Below are positions 18,239-28,669 of a DNA stretch of 64,000 nt, in pieces. The notes beneath the pieces were generated by a model. That model saw nothing but the letters and a program-made list of their open reading frames with translations, ran no database searches and was not told the origin of the DNA. Source of the DNA: an uncultured Clostridia bacterium (GTDB lineage: Bacteria > Bacillota > Clostridia > Oscillospirales > Acutalibacteraceae); contig CANPWP010000005.1 in assembly GCA_947584595.1 (NCBI GenBank), forward strand, positions 4,350 to 68,349, read 5' to 3'. How positions within the stretch are numbered: position 1 is the first letter of the stretch; each line of letters opens with the position of its first letter. The position numbers and the translations under genes were made by a program.

Positions 18239-19977
18239 TGGAAAAAACCTCCGCAGTAAAAAAAGTTTTGAAATATTCAAAAACATACATGCCTTACTTT
18301 ATTTTTGCACTTATTTTTGCAATAATCAGCGTTTCCCTGATGTTGTATATACCTGTACTGGTTGGTGAGGCAATAGATAATATTATTGCACAGGGCGAAG
18401 TGCATTTTGATATTATTTTTCAGATTTTAATGTATATCTTAGTTGCCATTGCAGGAGTCGTTATATTTCAGTGGGCAATGAATTTCTGCACAAATTCCAT
18501 AAGCTATAAAACCGTCAGAGATTTACGCCGTGATATTTTCAAAAAATTCAACACTACGCCCTTATCTTATATTGACTCCCACCCTCACGGCGATTTAATC
18601 AGCCGAATGGTAAATGATGTTGACGCTATCGGCGACGGTTTAATTCAGCTGATTACACAATTGTTTTCAGGAGTTGTAACAATTGCCGGCACAATTATTT
18701 TTATGATATCAATAGATGTAAAAATTGCTCTTGTAGTTGTAATTGTTACACCTCTTTCCCTGTTTGTTGCGGCATTTATCGGCAAGCTCTCAAGCAAAAG
18801 GTTTAGGGAACAACAGGAATTGCAGGGTACGATAAGCGGATATGTTGAAGAGCTTATCGGCAATCAGCAGATTGTTAAATCTTTTTCATATGAAGACAGG
18901 TCTTTTGAAGCCTTTAAAAAATATAACGATGAGCTTTATACCGTTGGCCTAAAAGCACAAATTGCCGGCGCTCTTGCAAATCCAAGCACAAGGTTTGTAA
19001 ACGCACTTGTGTATGCTTCAGTAGGTATTTTCGGTGCAATAACTGCTGTTTCAGGGGGAATTACCGTCGGCGGTCTTTCCTGCTTTTTAACCTATGCTAA
19101 TCAGTATACAAAGCCCTTTAATGAAATCACCGGCGTTTTAACACAGCTTCAGACTGCTGTTGCGGCGGCAAAAAGGGTGTTTGAAGTTTTAGAAGAGGAT
19201 TCCGAAATTCCCGATAAAGCCCCGGGCGATACACTCTCACCCCAAAAAGGCACTGTTGAATTTAAAAACGTCTTCTTTTCTTATACAAAGGAAAAAAGCC
19301 TTATTGAAAACTTTTCCTTAAAGGTGGAAAAAGGACAGCATATTGCCATTGTAGGACCTACAGGCTGTGGAAAAACCACAATGATAAATCTGCTAATGCG
19401 TTTTTATGATGTTACAAGCGGTGAAATTCTTGTTGACGGAGTAAACGTTAAGGATTTAAACAGAAATGAACTGAGAAGTAAATTCGGAATGGTATTGCAG
19501 GACAGCTGGCTTTTTAACGGAACCATAAGAGAAAATCTGATGTACGGCAACGAAAATGCAACAGAGGAACAGATGATAAATTCTGCAAAGCAAGCCTATG
19601 CCCACAGCTTTATTAAGCGTATGCCGAAAGGCTATGACACTGTAATTTCGGAGGATGTCTCGAACCTGTCTCAGGGACAAAGACAGCTTTTATGCATTGC
19701 AAGAGCAATGCTTTCAAACCCGTCTATGCTGATTCTTGACGAAGCAACAAGCTCAATAGATATTTTAACGGAACAGCGTGTTCAGAAAGCTTTTGCAAGA
19801 ATCATGGAGGGCAGAACAAGCTTTGTTGTTGCACACAGACTTTCTACAATTAAAGAAAGCGACTTAATTCTTGTTATGAACGACGGAAATATTGTAGAGC
19901 AAGGAAACCACGAAACTCTCCTTGCCAAAAACGGATTTTATGCAAAGCTCTATAACAGCCAGTTTGCAAAGCAGTAA
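18238..19977 (+). CDS. ABC exporter subunit (TMD+NBD), heterodimer partner 2
   Basis: Walker A GPTGCGKT, LSQGQRQ, ILDEATS, AHRLSTI; 1-bp overlap with the partner gene. Confidence 0.93.
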   Translation: MEKTSAVKKVLKYSKTYMPYFIFALIFAIISVSLMLYIPVLVGEAIDNIIAQGEVHFDIIFQILMYILVAIAGVVIFQWAMNFCTNSISYKTVRDLRRDIFKKFNTTPLSYIDSHPHGDLISRMVNDVDAIGDGLIQLITQLFSGVVTIAGTIIFMISIDVKIALVVVIVTPLSLFVAAFIGKLSSKRFREQQELQGTISGYVEELIGNQQIVKSFSYEDRSFEAFKKYNDELYTVGLKAQIAGALANPSTRFVNALVYASVGIFGAITAVSGGITVGGLSCFLTYANQYTKPFNEITGVLTQLQTAVAAAKRVFEVLEEDSEIPDKAPGDTLSPQKGTVEFKNVFFSYTKEKSLIENFSLKVEKGQHIAIVGPTGCGKTTMINLLMRFYDVTSGEILVDGVNVKDLNRNELRSKFGMVLQDSWLFNGTIRENLMYGNENATEEQMINSAKQAYAHSFIKRMPKGYDTVISEDVSNLSQGQRQLLCIARAMLSNPSMLILDEATSSIDILTEQRVQKAFARIMEGRTSFVVAHRLSTIKESDLILVMNDGNIVEQGNHETLLAKNGFYAKLYNSQFAKQ

Positions 19978-20019
19978 AAAAAGAGAATGTTTTTGCAAAA
20001 AAGTTTTATATAAAAATCA

Positions 20020-20041
20020 GCAAGAGCAGAAATGCTCTTGC
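20020..20041. terminator. hairpin between convergent operons
   Basis: GCAAGAGCA-GAAA-TGCTCTTGC. Confidence 0.6.
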
Positions 20042-20069
20042 CTTATTTTATATATTCTATTTAATAGTT

Positions 20070-21626
20070 TTAGCTTAAAGTATCAACTGTTTTGTCCTTT
20101 GCAACCTTTGGAACCTGCTCAATTATTCGTTTAATTCTGCTTTCATATACAGTACCCACGGTCCTGCCGTTTAAAACCGCAATATATTTGCCTGAATCTG
20201 ATTTATAGAAGCTGACTGTATCTGTATCGGCCTTTGTGGAATAGGTATATGTGACGGTTAAAACAGGTGAACCTGACGGGTCGAAAGCTTTATTATCTGC
20301 TCTTTCGGTATACGCAACATTTTGGAAGAAAATATTGAAGTTATCAAGAGAAACAATTACAGAACCGCATTTAACGGTCGTGGTACTGGTTGTTGTTTCC
20401 GAACCTTCATTATCTGTTGAAGTAGATGTTTTTGTTGTAAGGTCAAACTTATAATCGGTATTGCCGTCGTTTAAGGTCATGGACGTAATAGCTGTAAATT
20501 TGGGATTCAAAACATAAGTTGAAATTAAATCTTCATATTTTAATGTAGTCCACGGAAGGTTTTTGCCTGCCATTTTATAAATTACCTTTCCTCCCGTTTT
20601 CATTAAGAAAACATTACCCTTAGAATCAGGCTCGGACGCAATTAAATCAAAGGTTTCGTCAGGATATTCCCCCACTATATGAACAAACGGCTTATTAAGT
20701 CCGCAGTCGCTGATTTGTTTATCAGAAGGGTTTGCATAAACAACGCTGTCTGCATAAAGTCCTCTGATTGCACCTGTAATTAAGCTTGTTTTATTATCAT
20801 CAGCAAAAAATGTTTCAGGCTTCTGAATAACGAATTGAGCGGAATTTGATTCGTCTTTATTCTGAACAAATTCGACATCTTTTGGATAATTTGTACCGCT
20901 TAATATAACTTTTGTCGGAGTTCCGTTATCATCAGAAGCAGCGGCATCGTTAATTGTTAAGGAAATCAAATCATTAACGCTGAAAAGCAAAGCAGAGACA
21001 GAATCATCATCTACAAGATAAATAGAAGGGCCTGAACCAAATTTTACATAAGAACCTGCTTCCATCGGAGCCTCACCGCCTACAATAATTACCGCAGTTG
21101 TTTTGTCCGTATAAGTTATTGTAGCGGTAGCTCTTGGGTTTTCAAAGCCGAAGTCTTTTTCGTTTGCTCCGTCAATGCTTGCAACGCTTGTAAAATCAAG
21201 AGCCGCTGCATTGTTCGCAATACTGTCAGCCTGACCTGTCTGAAGGTCAAAATCTTCATAACCTACAAGAGTATAAACTGTAGCCTCGGTTGTTGTATTA
21301 CCATCTTCATCGGTTGTAGTAGGTGTAGTTGATTTTATTTCATAGCTTCCTGATGTATTTTCAATCTTAATAGTTGAAATATCTGCCGGAACATAATCAA
21401 TAAGAGTTCCGTAGCTGTTGTTATCAAGTTCACCCTTTTCATTTAATTCAAGCTGAGCCTGATGAACGCCTTCATCATCAACAGAAGTTGAAACAGAAGT
21501 ACCTTCGTCTATAGAATCGCCTAAATCCTCAGTTTCCGCAGGCAACAACAAAAGCAAAACCAAAACGCCCGCAAGTACTGCTGCACAAACCAAAGCAACA
21601 ATAAGAAGCTTTGTATTTTTCTTCAT
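20070..21626 (-). CDS. membrane-anchored DUF4340-like protein
   Basis: N-terminal TM then a long T/S/D-rich extracellular region; FGFENPRATATI and CGLNKPFV repeats; last gene of the Gld-like ABC operon. Confidence 0.6.
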   Translation of the reverse strand: MKKNTKLLIVALVCAAVLAGVLVLLLLLPAETEDLGDSIDEGTSVSTSVDDEGVHQAQLELNEKGELDNNSYGTLIDYVPADISTIKIENTSGSYEIKSTTPTTTDEDGNTTTEATVYTLVGYEDFDLQTGQADSIANNAAALDFTSVASIDGANEKDFGFENPRATATITYTDKTTAVIIVGGEAPMEAGSYVKFGSGPSIYLVDDDSVSALLFSVNDLISLTINDAAASDDNGTPTKVILSGTNYPKDVEFVQNKDESNSAQFVIQKPETFFADDNKTSLITGAIRGLYADSVVYANPSDKQISDCGLNKPFVHIVGEYPDETFDLIASEPDSKGNVFLMKTGGKVIYKMAGKNLPWTTLKYEDLISTYVLNPKFTAITSMTLNDGNTDYKFDLTTKTSTSTDNEGSETTTSTTTVKCGSVIVSLDNFNIFFQNVAYTERADNKAFDPSGSPVLTVTYTYSTKADTDTVSFYKSDSGKYIAVLNGRTVGTVYESRIKRIIEQVPKVAKDKTVDTLS

Positions 21627-23251
21627 TATTTATTCCTCCTGCGAATCCATATTACAAGACCGGCAACAAGAACAGCAAGGGGAACAATGATTACAAATAA
21701 AATCATTAAGACATTCTGACCTGCAAGGTCAATGCCTAATGTGGGTTTATCCATAGATTTGCTTTCAATTGTAATACCAATATTATCACGGTCAGCAAGT
21801 GTATTTACGGTATTTACAAGAAATGCAGAGTTGTTGTAGCTGTTGTAAGACATAATTGAACTTGAAAACATTTCAAATGAACCAAATACTACAACATTGG
21901 ACTCGGCACTTTCAGAGTTAGTTTGCGTACCCTTAACAGCAACGTTCAATTCTTCTCCTGTGATAGCACTTCCGTAATCCCAGTTGTTGTTGGATTTTTC
22001 TGAATAAGGCAAAATACCTGCTGCTTTAGATGTAGTTAAAACGGGAGATGCAGCCTCAGTATCAACAATTTCAACGCCTCTTGCATAAGAGGATACAACA
22101 GGAATAGACGGATTTTTAAGTTCATCCGTAAATACATCTTTATAATTTGTTAACGAAACCAAATATGTGTTAGATACAAGGTAATTTGCATCCGTTTCAA
22201 AAATCACTCCGTTGCTCATTTTTATTCCCCATTTTTCAAGGAAAACATCAAGGTTCGGAGTATTTTCAAGGTCATAGTTTGCAGCATAAATTAAGGATTT
22301 TCCGTAATCACCGTTGTTGTTAAGCCAGCTTTCAATCTTTTCAATGGAAGAGGTATCAAGGTCAACAGAAGGAGCAAACAGGAATGCAACCTCTGCATCT
22401 TCATCAAGATTTGCAGTTGTAAGGTTAACTTCATTTACCTGATATGCGTTATTTTCAAGTAATTCCTTAATTGCCGAACTGTCCTGTTCTGAATTGCCCG
22501 AAATTATATCTACAACTGTTTTATCTTCGGTCGTTACGTTAAGCGCAGCCGTAACGATTGACTGCTCAACGGTTGATGCAGTAAAATTCATTGTGCCGTA
22601 ATAGTAGTATGTTTGTTCATCATATTCAAAACAGTCGTCTATATCAAGCACTCTGTACTCATCGCCGCATTCGACAATAAAAACATGAGATGATTTTGTC
22701 CAGTCAATATTATCGTAATGGCTTGTAAATGTAGGGTCTTTGGAAACGTCTACATATTCAACCTTTACATGATTTGAAAGGCTTTCCATACTTTTAAGAA
22801 ACTTTTCTGCCTGAACAAAATAGTCTCCGCTTTTAACAAAGGTGTCTTTATCCGAAAGAACATAAATTGTTATATCCTTCTCAAGGTGTGATATATAATC
22901 TGTAGTATCCTCCTGAAGGGCGAAAGCACGGTTTGAAGTTAAGTCAAGAGAAAGCACGGAAAAACGTTCAACAAGCAGGTTGCATATTACATTTAAAAGA
23001 ATAGTCAATGCAATAACAACAGCAACTATCGCAGCGGCAATTGAGCCGTGTTTAGCCTTTCTGGATTTTAAAAATGACTTTAATCCGCCCTTTTCATTTT
23101 TAGTTTTTAATTTTTTGTCAGCATTTATATCATGTTTTGTTTCTTCAGCAGTTTGGATAAACGTATCTTCCGTTTTTGCTTCCTCAGCCGGTTCCTCAGC
23201 CGAAGTCTGAGTTGTTTCTTTTATTTCTTTATCTTTGTTATCAATACTCAT
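21626..23251 (-). CDS. GldG-like ABC-associated auxiliary protein
   Basis: TM, DLTSNRAFAL motif, large extracellular domain, C-terminal TM ending IWIRRR. Confidence 0.75.
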   Translation of the reverse strand: MSIDNKDKEIKETTQTSAEEPAEEAKTEDTFIQTAEETKHDINADKKLKTKNEKGGLKSFLKSRKAKHGSIAAAIVAVVIALTILLNVICNLLVERFSVLSLDLTSNRAFALQEDTTDYISHLEKDITIYVLSDKDTFVKSGDYFVQAEKFLKSMESLSNHVKVEYVDVSKDPTFTSHYDNIDWTKSSHVFIVECGDEYRVLDIDDCFEYDEQTYYYYGTMNFTASTVEQSIVTAALNVTTEDKTVVDIISGNSEQDSSAIKELLENNAYQVNEVNLTTANLDEDAEVAFLFAPSVDLDTSSIEKIESWLNNNGDYGKSLIYAANYDLENTPNLDVFLEKWGIKMSNGVIFETDANYLVSNTYLVSLTNYKDVFTDELKNPSIPVVSSYARGVEIVDTEAASPVLTTSKAAGILPYSEKSNNNWDYGSAITGEELNVAVKGTQTNSESAESNVVVFGSFEMFSSSIMSYNSYNNSAFLVNTVNTLADRDNIGITIESKSMDKPTLGIDLAGQNVLMILFVIIVPLAVLVAGLVIWIRRRNK

Positions 23252-23266
23252 CGTGTTTTACCTCCT

Positions 23267-23971
23267 TTAGCTCCAGCGTTTCTTTTCAAAAACACGGACG
23301 GTAAAGAATAAGAACAATCCGATAATGCTTAAGAAAAATACAACATCTGATAATCTTAAAACACCGTAAGTAAAGTTGGTGTAATAGTTTTCAAAGCTTA
23401 CTGCCTGAAGAAGTGAAGAAAGCCAGTCAAAAGGAATTGCAGAAATAAGACTGTTCATAAGATAGATAACGATTCCGATTGCAAAGCCTGCAACTGCGGA
23501 AATCACCTGACTTTCCGTAAGTGAAGAAACGAAAATATCAATTGCTATCAAAGCTCCGCCCAAAAGTAAAATGCCGATGGTCGTGCATAAAATCACCGAC
23601 CAGTCCGGGGCGGTAAAGAAAGCGATAACAATTGCAAATACAATAAAAATTACACAGCATATTGTATAAAGCAAAAATGCACCTAAAAATTTTCCCATTA
23701 CTATTTGAAAAAGGCTTGCAGGAGAAGTTAAAAGCGCCTGATCGGTTTTCTGACGTTTTTCTTCGCTGAAGCTTTTCATTGTTATAATAGGAACTATAAA
23801 TAAAATAATAAAGAACATATTACTATAAACATACGTTAAACTTGCCGAATCGTTTGCAAGACAGATTGCATAAAAGAAAAAGCCCGAGAAAAAGAAAAAC
23901 ACGGCCATTACAACATATGCTATTGCCGAATTAAAAAATGAGCCCAACTCACGCTTTAATATTGCACCCAT
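23267..23971 (-). CDS. ABC-2 type permease (GldF-like)
   Basis: KRELGSFFNS, MKSFSEEKRQKTDQALLTSP, GKFLG; six TM segments. Confidence 0.85.
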   Translation of the reverse strand: MGAILKRELGSFFNSAIAYVVMAVFFFFSGFFFYAICLANDSASLTYVYSNMFFIILFIVPIITMKSFSEEKRQKTDQALLTSPASLFQIVMGKFLGAFLLYTICCVIFIVFAIVIAFFTAPDWSVILCTTIGILLLGGALIAIDIFVSSLTESQVISAVAGFAIGIVIYLMNSLISAIPFDWLSSLLQAVSFENYYTNFTYGVLRLSDVVFFLSIIGLFLFFTVRVFEKKRWS

Positions 23972-24933
23972 CAGATCTTTCCTCCTCTGTCTTTTTGATT
24001 TTGATCCTGAGAAATGAGCTTAAGGAATGACTCCTCAAGAGTTTCATTCTCACTTTGCATATTAAGTATCGGGCAGTTTTCTCTTGACATTGCGTTAAAT
24101 ACATCACGTCTTATATCTGCCCCGTTTTGATATTCAACTACATACTTGCCTGATTGTTCGCTTGTATCTCTCATCTTTTTAACTCTTAAAACGCCCGAAA
24201 TATTTTTAAGACTGTTAAGGATTATGCTTTGGTTTCCCTCAATTTCAAGAGCAAGCTTTTGTTCTCCTGAAATAGATGATGAAAGCTCTGAGGTCTTTGC
24301 GTCTGCAACAAGACTGCCGTTTGAAATAACGATTATTCTGTCACAGGTTGCTGAAATTTCCGAAAGCACATGAGAAGAAAATATAACGGTATGTTTCTTT
24401 CCCAAACTTTTAATTAAATTTCTAATTTCAATTATTTGTTTTGGGTCAAGACCTACTGTCGGCTCATCCAGAATTAAAACAGGCGGATTTCCAAGCAATG
24501 CCTGTGCAAAACCTACACGCTGTTTATAACCCTTTGATAGATTTTTTATTATGCGGTCCTGAACGTCTGAAATTTTAATAATCTTCATAACCTCGGAAAT
24601 ATGCTCTCTTTTAGGTAAAGATACCTTTTTCAAATCAAACATAAATTCAAGATATTTTCTGACGGTCATATCAAGGTACAATGGCGGAATTTCCGGAAGA
24701 TATCCGATTTTAGATTTTGCTTCCTTAGGATTTTCCAAAATGTCATAACCGTTAATAGTAACAGTTCCGCTTGTAGAGGATATATAGCCGGTAATAATAT
24801 TCATAGTAGTAGATTTGCCGGCACCGTTCGGTCCGAGAAAACCCAGGATCTCTCCCGGCTCTACCGTAAAGGATATATCGTTTACGGCTTTAATTCCTCC
24901 GTATCGTTTAGTAAGGTTTTTAACCTCAACCAT
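23971..24933 (-). CDS. ABC transporter ATP-binding protein (GldA-like)
   Basis: [23 protein letters not shown]; start moved to ATG 24933 with SD GAAGGAG. Confidence 0.92.
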   Translation of the reverse strand: MVEVKNLTKRYGGIKAVNDISFTVEPGEILGFLGPNGAGKSTTMNIITGYISSTSGTVTINGYDILENPKEAKSKIGYLPEIPPLYLDMTVRKYLEFMFDLKKVSLPKREHISEVMKIIKISDVQDRIIKNLSKGYKQRVGFAQALLGNPPVLILDEPTVGLDPKQIIEIRNLIKSLGKKHTVIFSSHVLSEISATCDRIIVISNGSLVADAKTSELSSSISGEQKLALEIEGNQSIILNSLKNISGVLRVKKMRDTSEQSGKYVVEYQNGADIRRDVFNAMSRENCPILNMQSENETLEESFLKLISQDQNQKDRGGKI

Positions 24934-25110
24934 TGAGTTTTCACTCCTTCTGAACAAAAGGTATTTATTCTTTAGTTGAATTCGCATAATTATCAACAAA
25001 GTAACAGAGTTATTATACAATAAAATAAATTAAAGTGTAAACATTATTTTAAAAAATCAAGTTAAATACACAATTTTTCATAATTTCATCACAAAACCAA
25101 GGTTTTTTCC

Positions 25111-25139
25111 GCATAAGCAGGCAAAATAAGCTAATAATA
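25111..25139 (+). promoter_or_regulatory. putative sigma-G/F promoter of spoVAE
   Basis: GCATA-17 nt-AATAATA fits GNATR / MAWAMTA; spoVA genes are forespore sigma-G targets in Bacillus. Confidence 0.5.
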
Positions 25140-25164
25140 AACAAAAATAAAAGAGGTTGATTTT

Positions 25165-25518
25165 ATGGATTATTTATATGCGTTTGTAGTAGGCGGACTA
25201 ATTTGTGTTGTAGGACAGATTTTAATTGATAAAACAAAACTTACCCCTGCAAGAATTTTAACAGGATATGTAGTTGCAGGCGTCGTATTAGGAGCCGTGG
25301 GACTATATGAACCGCTTGTTGAATTTGCAGGAGCAGGAGCAAGCGTACCCCTTTCAGGTTTTGGATATTTGATGGTACAGGGCGTTCAGGAGGCAATTGT
25401 AAAAGACGGAGCATTGGGAATTTTAACAGGGGGACTTACTGCCGCCGCCGCAGGAATTACAGCGGCAATCGTATTTTCTCTTATAGCCGCTCTTATTACA
25501 AAGCCTCAGAGTAAATAA
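25165..25518 (+). CDS. spoVAE: stage V sporulation protein AE
   Basis: AFVVGGLICVVGQILIDKTKLTPARIL...GAGASVPLSGFG; SD GAGGT. Confidence 0.92.
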   Translation: MDYLYAFVVGGLICVVGQILIDKTKLTPARILTGYVVAGVVLGAVGLYEPLVEFAGAGASVPLSGFGYLMVQGVQEAIVKDGALGILTGGLTAAAAGITAAIVFSLIAALITKPQSK

Positions 25519-25674
25519 ACTATTTAAAGCATCGTATTCGTTTTAATGTAATGTATGGAAAACAAACGGCTTCCATAGTTTATTTCGACCGCAAAAGCCT
25601 CCTCCACGTACTTTAAAAAATATTTTAATATAATTTATATCGCAAATTACCTTTTATTGATTTTATCGGCACAC

Positions 25675-25699
25675 AAAAACCCCGACCTTCGGTCGGGGT
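25675..25699 (-). terminator. terminator of acyltransferase gene
   Basis: ACCCCGACC/GGTCGGGGT stem with T-tract on the minus strand. Confidence 0.85.
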
Positions 25700-25703
25700 A
25701 AAT

Positions 25704-26750
25704 TTATTTGTCTCTTCCGAATTCCAGAAGCTGTTTTGTGGGGAATGAAAAAACAGGCAATGTGCAAATTAATGTTATTCCAACGGCAATCAATATATAA
25801 ATTAACGTTGCTGCAATATCATTGGTAACGGATGAAATAATTTTATAAACTTTAAACCGTTCAAAAATAATAAGAAATACCTTGTGCCAAAAATAAATCT
25901 GTAAGGTTTTTGTTCCTGCAAATGATATAAAATTAAGATTTTTGCTTGAAATAAGACTCATAACAGCAAATCCGAATACAGCGGAAATTAAGTAACATAG
26001 TAATCTTATGAGAAACCCGTTACAATATAAATCGTCAAGACAGTGAAACGAATTTCTTCCCGTAAACATTTGCCGTAAAAAATACATATCAGTATTAATG
26101 AAAAACAACAGAATAAATCCTGCCGTTACAATTGCAGATATAAATTTAATCCTTTTGTCTAAAAATAAATTTGACAGCTGCTCAGGCTTAATCATATACC
26201 CCAATACAAAAAACGGTAAAAATACGAAAATCCTCATCAGTGATAATTTGTCGCCTAAGAAGTCATCATATCCTGCCATACATCCGATAAGTACAGAAAA
26301 CAAAAATAGTATTTTCGTATCATATTCCCTGAAAAGCCATAAAATCGATATAAAAACAGCCATAGCTCCCATAAACCACGTCAGTGAATCATACATATTA
26401 AAAACAGAATATTCAATCCCGTTGCCTATTAGAAGATTTAAAAGCGTGATCAATATTCTCATAGAGATCCCGATAAGTATGAATGAAATAACCTTTTGCT
26501 TTGGAAATTTTGTTGACTTGTTCATCGGCTTTAAAAACAAACCGCTGATGAAAATAAACAACGGCATATGTATTGAATAAATTGTGAGAAATAGGCTTCT
26601 TTCAAAAGTATTATTACTTTGGTCGGTTATAAAATCTATTGCGTGTCCAATAACAACCAGTAAAATAGTAAAGAACTTGATATTATCATACAAATAAATT
26701 CTTTCAGAAGAATGTTTTTCTATGATGACATTGTTATTTGTTTGTTCCAA
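25704..26750 (-). CDS. acyltransferase family 3 (OafA-like) membrane O-acyltransferase
   Basis: RIYLYDNIKFFTILLVVIGH, IYSIHMPLFIFISG, GTKTLQIYFWH; about 10 TMs; TTG start with GAGGTG SD. Confidence 0.88.
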   Translation of the reverse strand: MEQTNNNVIIEKHSSERIYLYDNIKFFTILLVVIGHAIDFITDQSNNTFERSLFLTIYSIHMPLFIFISGLFLKPMNKSTKFPKQKVISFILIGISMRILITLLNLLIGNGIEYSVFNMYDSLTWFMGAMAVFISILWLFREYDTKILFLFSVLIGCMAGYDDFLGDKLSLMRIFVFLPFFVLGYMIKPEQLSNLFLDKRIKFISAIVTAGFILLFFINTDMYFLRQMFTGRNSFHCLDDLYCNGFLIRLLCYLISAVFGFAVMSLISSKNLNFISFAGTKTLQIYFWHKVFLIIFERFKVYKIISSVTNDIAATLIYILIAVGITLICTLPVFSFPTKQLLEFGRDK

Positions 26751-26929
26751 TTTATGTTTTTCACCTCTTACAGTTTTAATGTCATATAATAATTAAAATA
26801 TCCGTAATTTTACTATCCCGATTTTTATCAGATATTTTCGCTTGTTTTAGGAGTTTTTGCCTCTGTCGGGGCTTCTGCAGGCGTTTTAAATTTGTTTTCT
26901 TTTATTAAGTTTTGCTGATTTGTTTCAAT

Positions 26930-26956
26930 AAAAACGGCAGTATCATAATACTGCCG
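26930..26956 (-). terminator. terminator
   Basis: CGGCAGTAT-cata-ATACTGCCG with T-run on the minus strand. Confidence 0.8.
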
Positions 26957-26973
26957 CAAATTTTTATGATTAA

Positions 26974-27600
26974 TTATTCTTCGGTTTTCTCTGATTCTTT
27001 AAGTTCCTCTGTTTCCTCGGTTACTGCCTCGTCAATTGTTTTGGATTCAATATCCGAATTTTCTTCGGAAATAATATTTGTTCCCTCTACAACAATTTCT
27101 TCCTCGTCATTTGAAGGAGTGTATGTTGTTTCTGCTTCCGGAGTAAATTCCACATCATCTTTAACTCCGCCTTCAACATCAGGCATATCAGTAATGATTT
27201 CTTCCGTTACGAGCTCAAAACCGCTTAAAAACGTATATGGAATACCGTATCCTAAAGCAACGCTTGCAAGCAATACCATTGGGTGTAAGCCGCTTTCAAC
27301 AATCAACATATCGTGCAGGGGCAGTCCCTCTGCAAATGAAGCAATAATAATATAAAGTGCCGGTAAATCCAGTATTATAAGAGTCAGCAGACTGAACCTT
27401 TTTACTGCTTTTCCCTCGCCCACTCTTGTTGCGTAAAATACCAGCAGACCGAATACAACAAAAATAAGTGCATAAACAACAGTGTCAAACGGACTTGAAA
27501 GTCCTGCGGCAAAGCCTGAGAAGAAGTAACTGCAAATAATATATGCAGTAATCAGAAATGCTGAAAATAACAGATTGACTGTATCTTTTTTATTTTTCAT
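26974..27600 (-). CDS. hypothetical membrane protein, four TMs plus acidic C-terminal tail
   Basis: Hydropathy pattern; E/D/T-rich tail; SD GGAGG. Confidence 0.75.
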   Translation of the reverse strand: MKNKKDTVNLLFSAFLITAYIICSYFFSGFAAGLSSPFDTVVYALIFVVFGLLVFYATRVGEGKAVKRFSLLTLIILDLPALYIIIASFAEGLPLHDMLIVESGLHPMVLLASVALGYGIPYTFLSGFELVTEEIITDMPDVEGGVKDDVEFTPEAETTYTPSNDEEEIVVEGTNIISEENSDIESKTIDEAVTEETEELKESEKTEE

Positions 27601-27705
27601 TATAAAACCTCCGAATTATAAAAAATTACAATTATTAGTATTTTACACCCCAAATGTGATAGTTTTATGATGAAATCAGAAAGTTTTTGAATATATTGAC
27701 ATTTT

Positions 27706-28644
27706 TCAGTTATGCACTAATTGCTTTTTTGCTCTTGCCGCAAGGCAGACCCAACCGTTCTCACGATGTTCTTCAATTATATCAAAATCGGATTGTAAGG
27801 AGTTTATAACTTCTTCTGCACGCAAGTCGATGATTCCGCTCATTATGTAAACTGTGTTCTCAGTCATAAAATTTTTAATGCTTTTTGAAAGTAACATAAT
27901 TGCATCTGCCACAATATTTGCGGCTATCAGGTTATACTTTCCGCTTACCTTTTCGGTTAAATCTCCGCAAATGACCTGAAACTTATCTGAAACATTATTT
28001 ATTTTTGCGTTTTCTTTTGCGGTGGTAACGGCAATGGGGTCAATATCTACGCCGACAGCACTTTCCGCACCTAATAGCAATGCGCCTATTGAAAGAATTC
28101 CGCTTCCACAGCCTACATCAAGCACAGTATCGCCCTTATTTATGTATTTTTCTATCATTTCAAGGCACAGACGTGTTGTTTCGTGATTACCTGTTCCGAA
28201 TGCAAGACCGGGATCAATATTTAAAACAGCTCTCCCCTGAGGGTCGTAGTCATCTCTCCAGGAAGGACGGATAAGAAGCTTTTCTCCGACGGGTGTCGGA
28301 TTAAAATATTGCTTCCAGTTATTCCTCCAGTCCTCCTCAGCACATCCGGAGGTGTCTATTTTATGCTCTATATTTTCGCTTGTAAATCTTTCCGATAAAA
28401 AGGCGACTGCCTCCATAGGATTTACATCAGGCTCAAGATAAATATGAATGAACGCTTCATTTTTATCTTTCTGTAAAAGCTCTTCGTCAATTAAGTCAAT
28501 ATGGGCTATTTGCTCTACTTCTTCTTCAAGCAAAGAGTAGTCCTCAATGTAAATTCCGTAAGGAACTACCATGTTTGCAATATCAGAGGCTTTATCAACA
28601 TCTTTTGAATTTATGGAAATTTTGATTTCCGTCCATTGTGCCAT
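27706..28644 (-). CDS. prmA: ribosomal protein L11 methyltransferase
   Basis: IDPGLAFGTGNHETT, VLDVGCGSGIL, ANIVAD; follows dnaJ. Confidence 0.95.
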   Translation of the reverse strand: MAQWTEIKISINSKDVDKASDIANMVVPYGIYIEDYSLLEEEVEQIAHIDLIDEELLQKDKNEAFIHIYLEPDVNPMEAVAFLSERFTSENIEHKIDTSGCAEEDWRNNWKQYFNPTPVGEKLLIRPSWRDDYDPQGRAVLNIDPGLAFGTGNHETTRLCLEMIEKYINKGDTVLDVGCGSGILSIGALLLGAESAVGVDIDPIAVTTAKENAKINNVSDKFQVICGDLTEKVSGKYNLIAANIVADAIMLLSKSIKNFMTENTVYIMSGIIDLRAEEVINSLQSDFDIIEEHRENGWVCLAARAKKQLVHN

Positions 28645-28669
28645 AAGTAAATCCTTTCAGTTAAAATAA

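Noticed and set aside
26800-26960. Possible 43-codon minus-strand ORF ending TPAEAPTEAKTPKTSENI
   Set aside because: It would start with TTG inside a terminator stem and has no SD.
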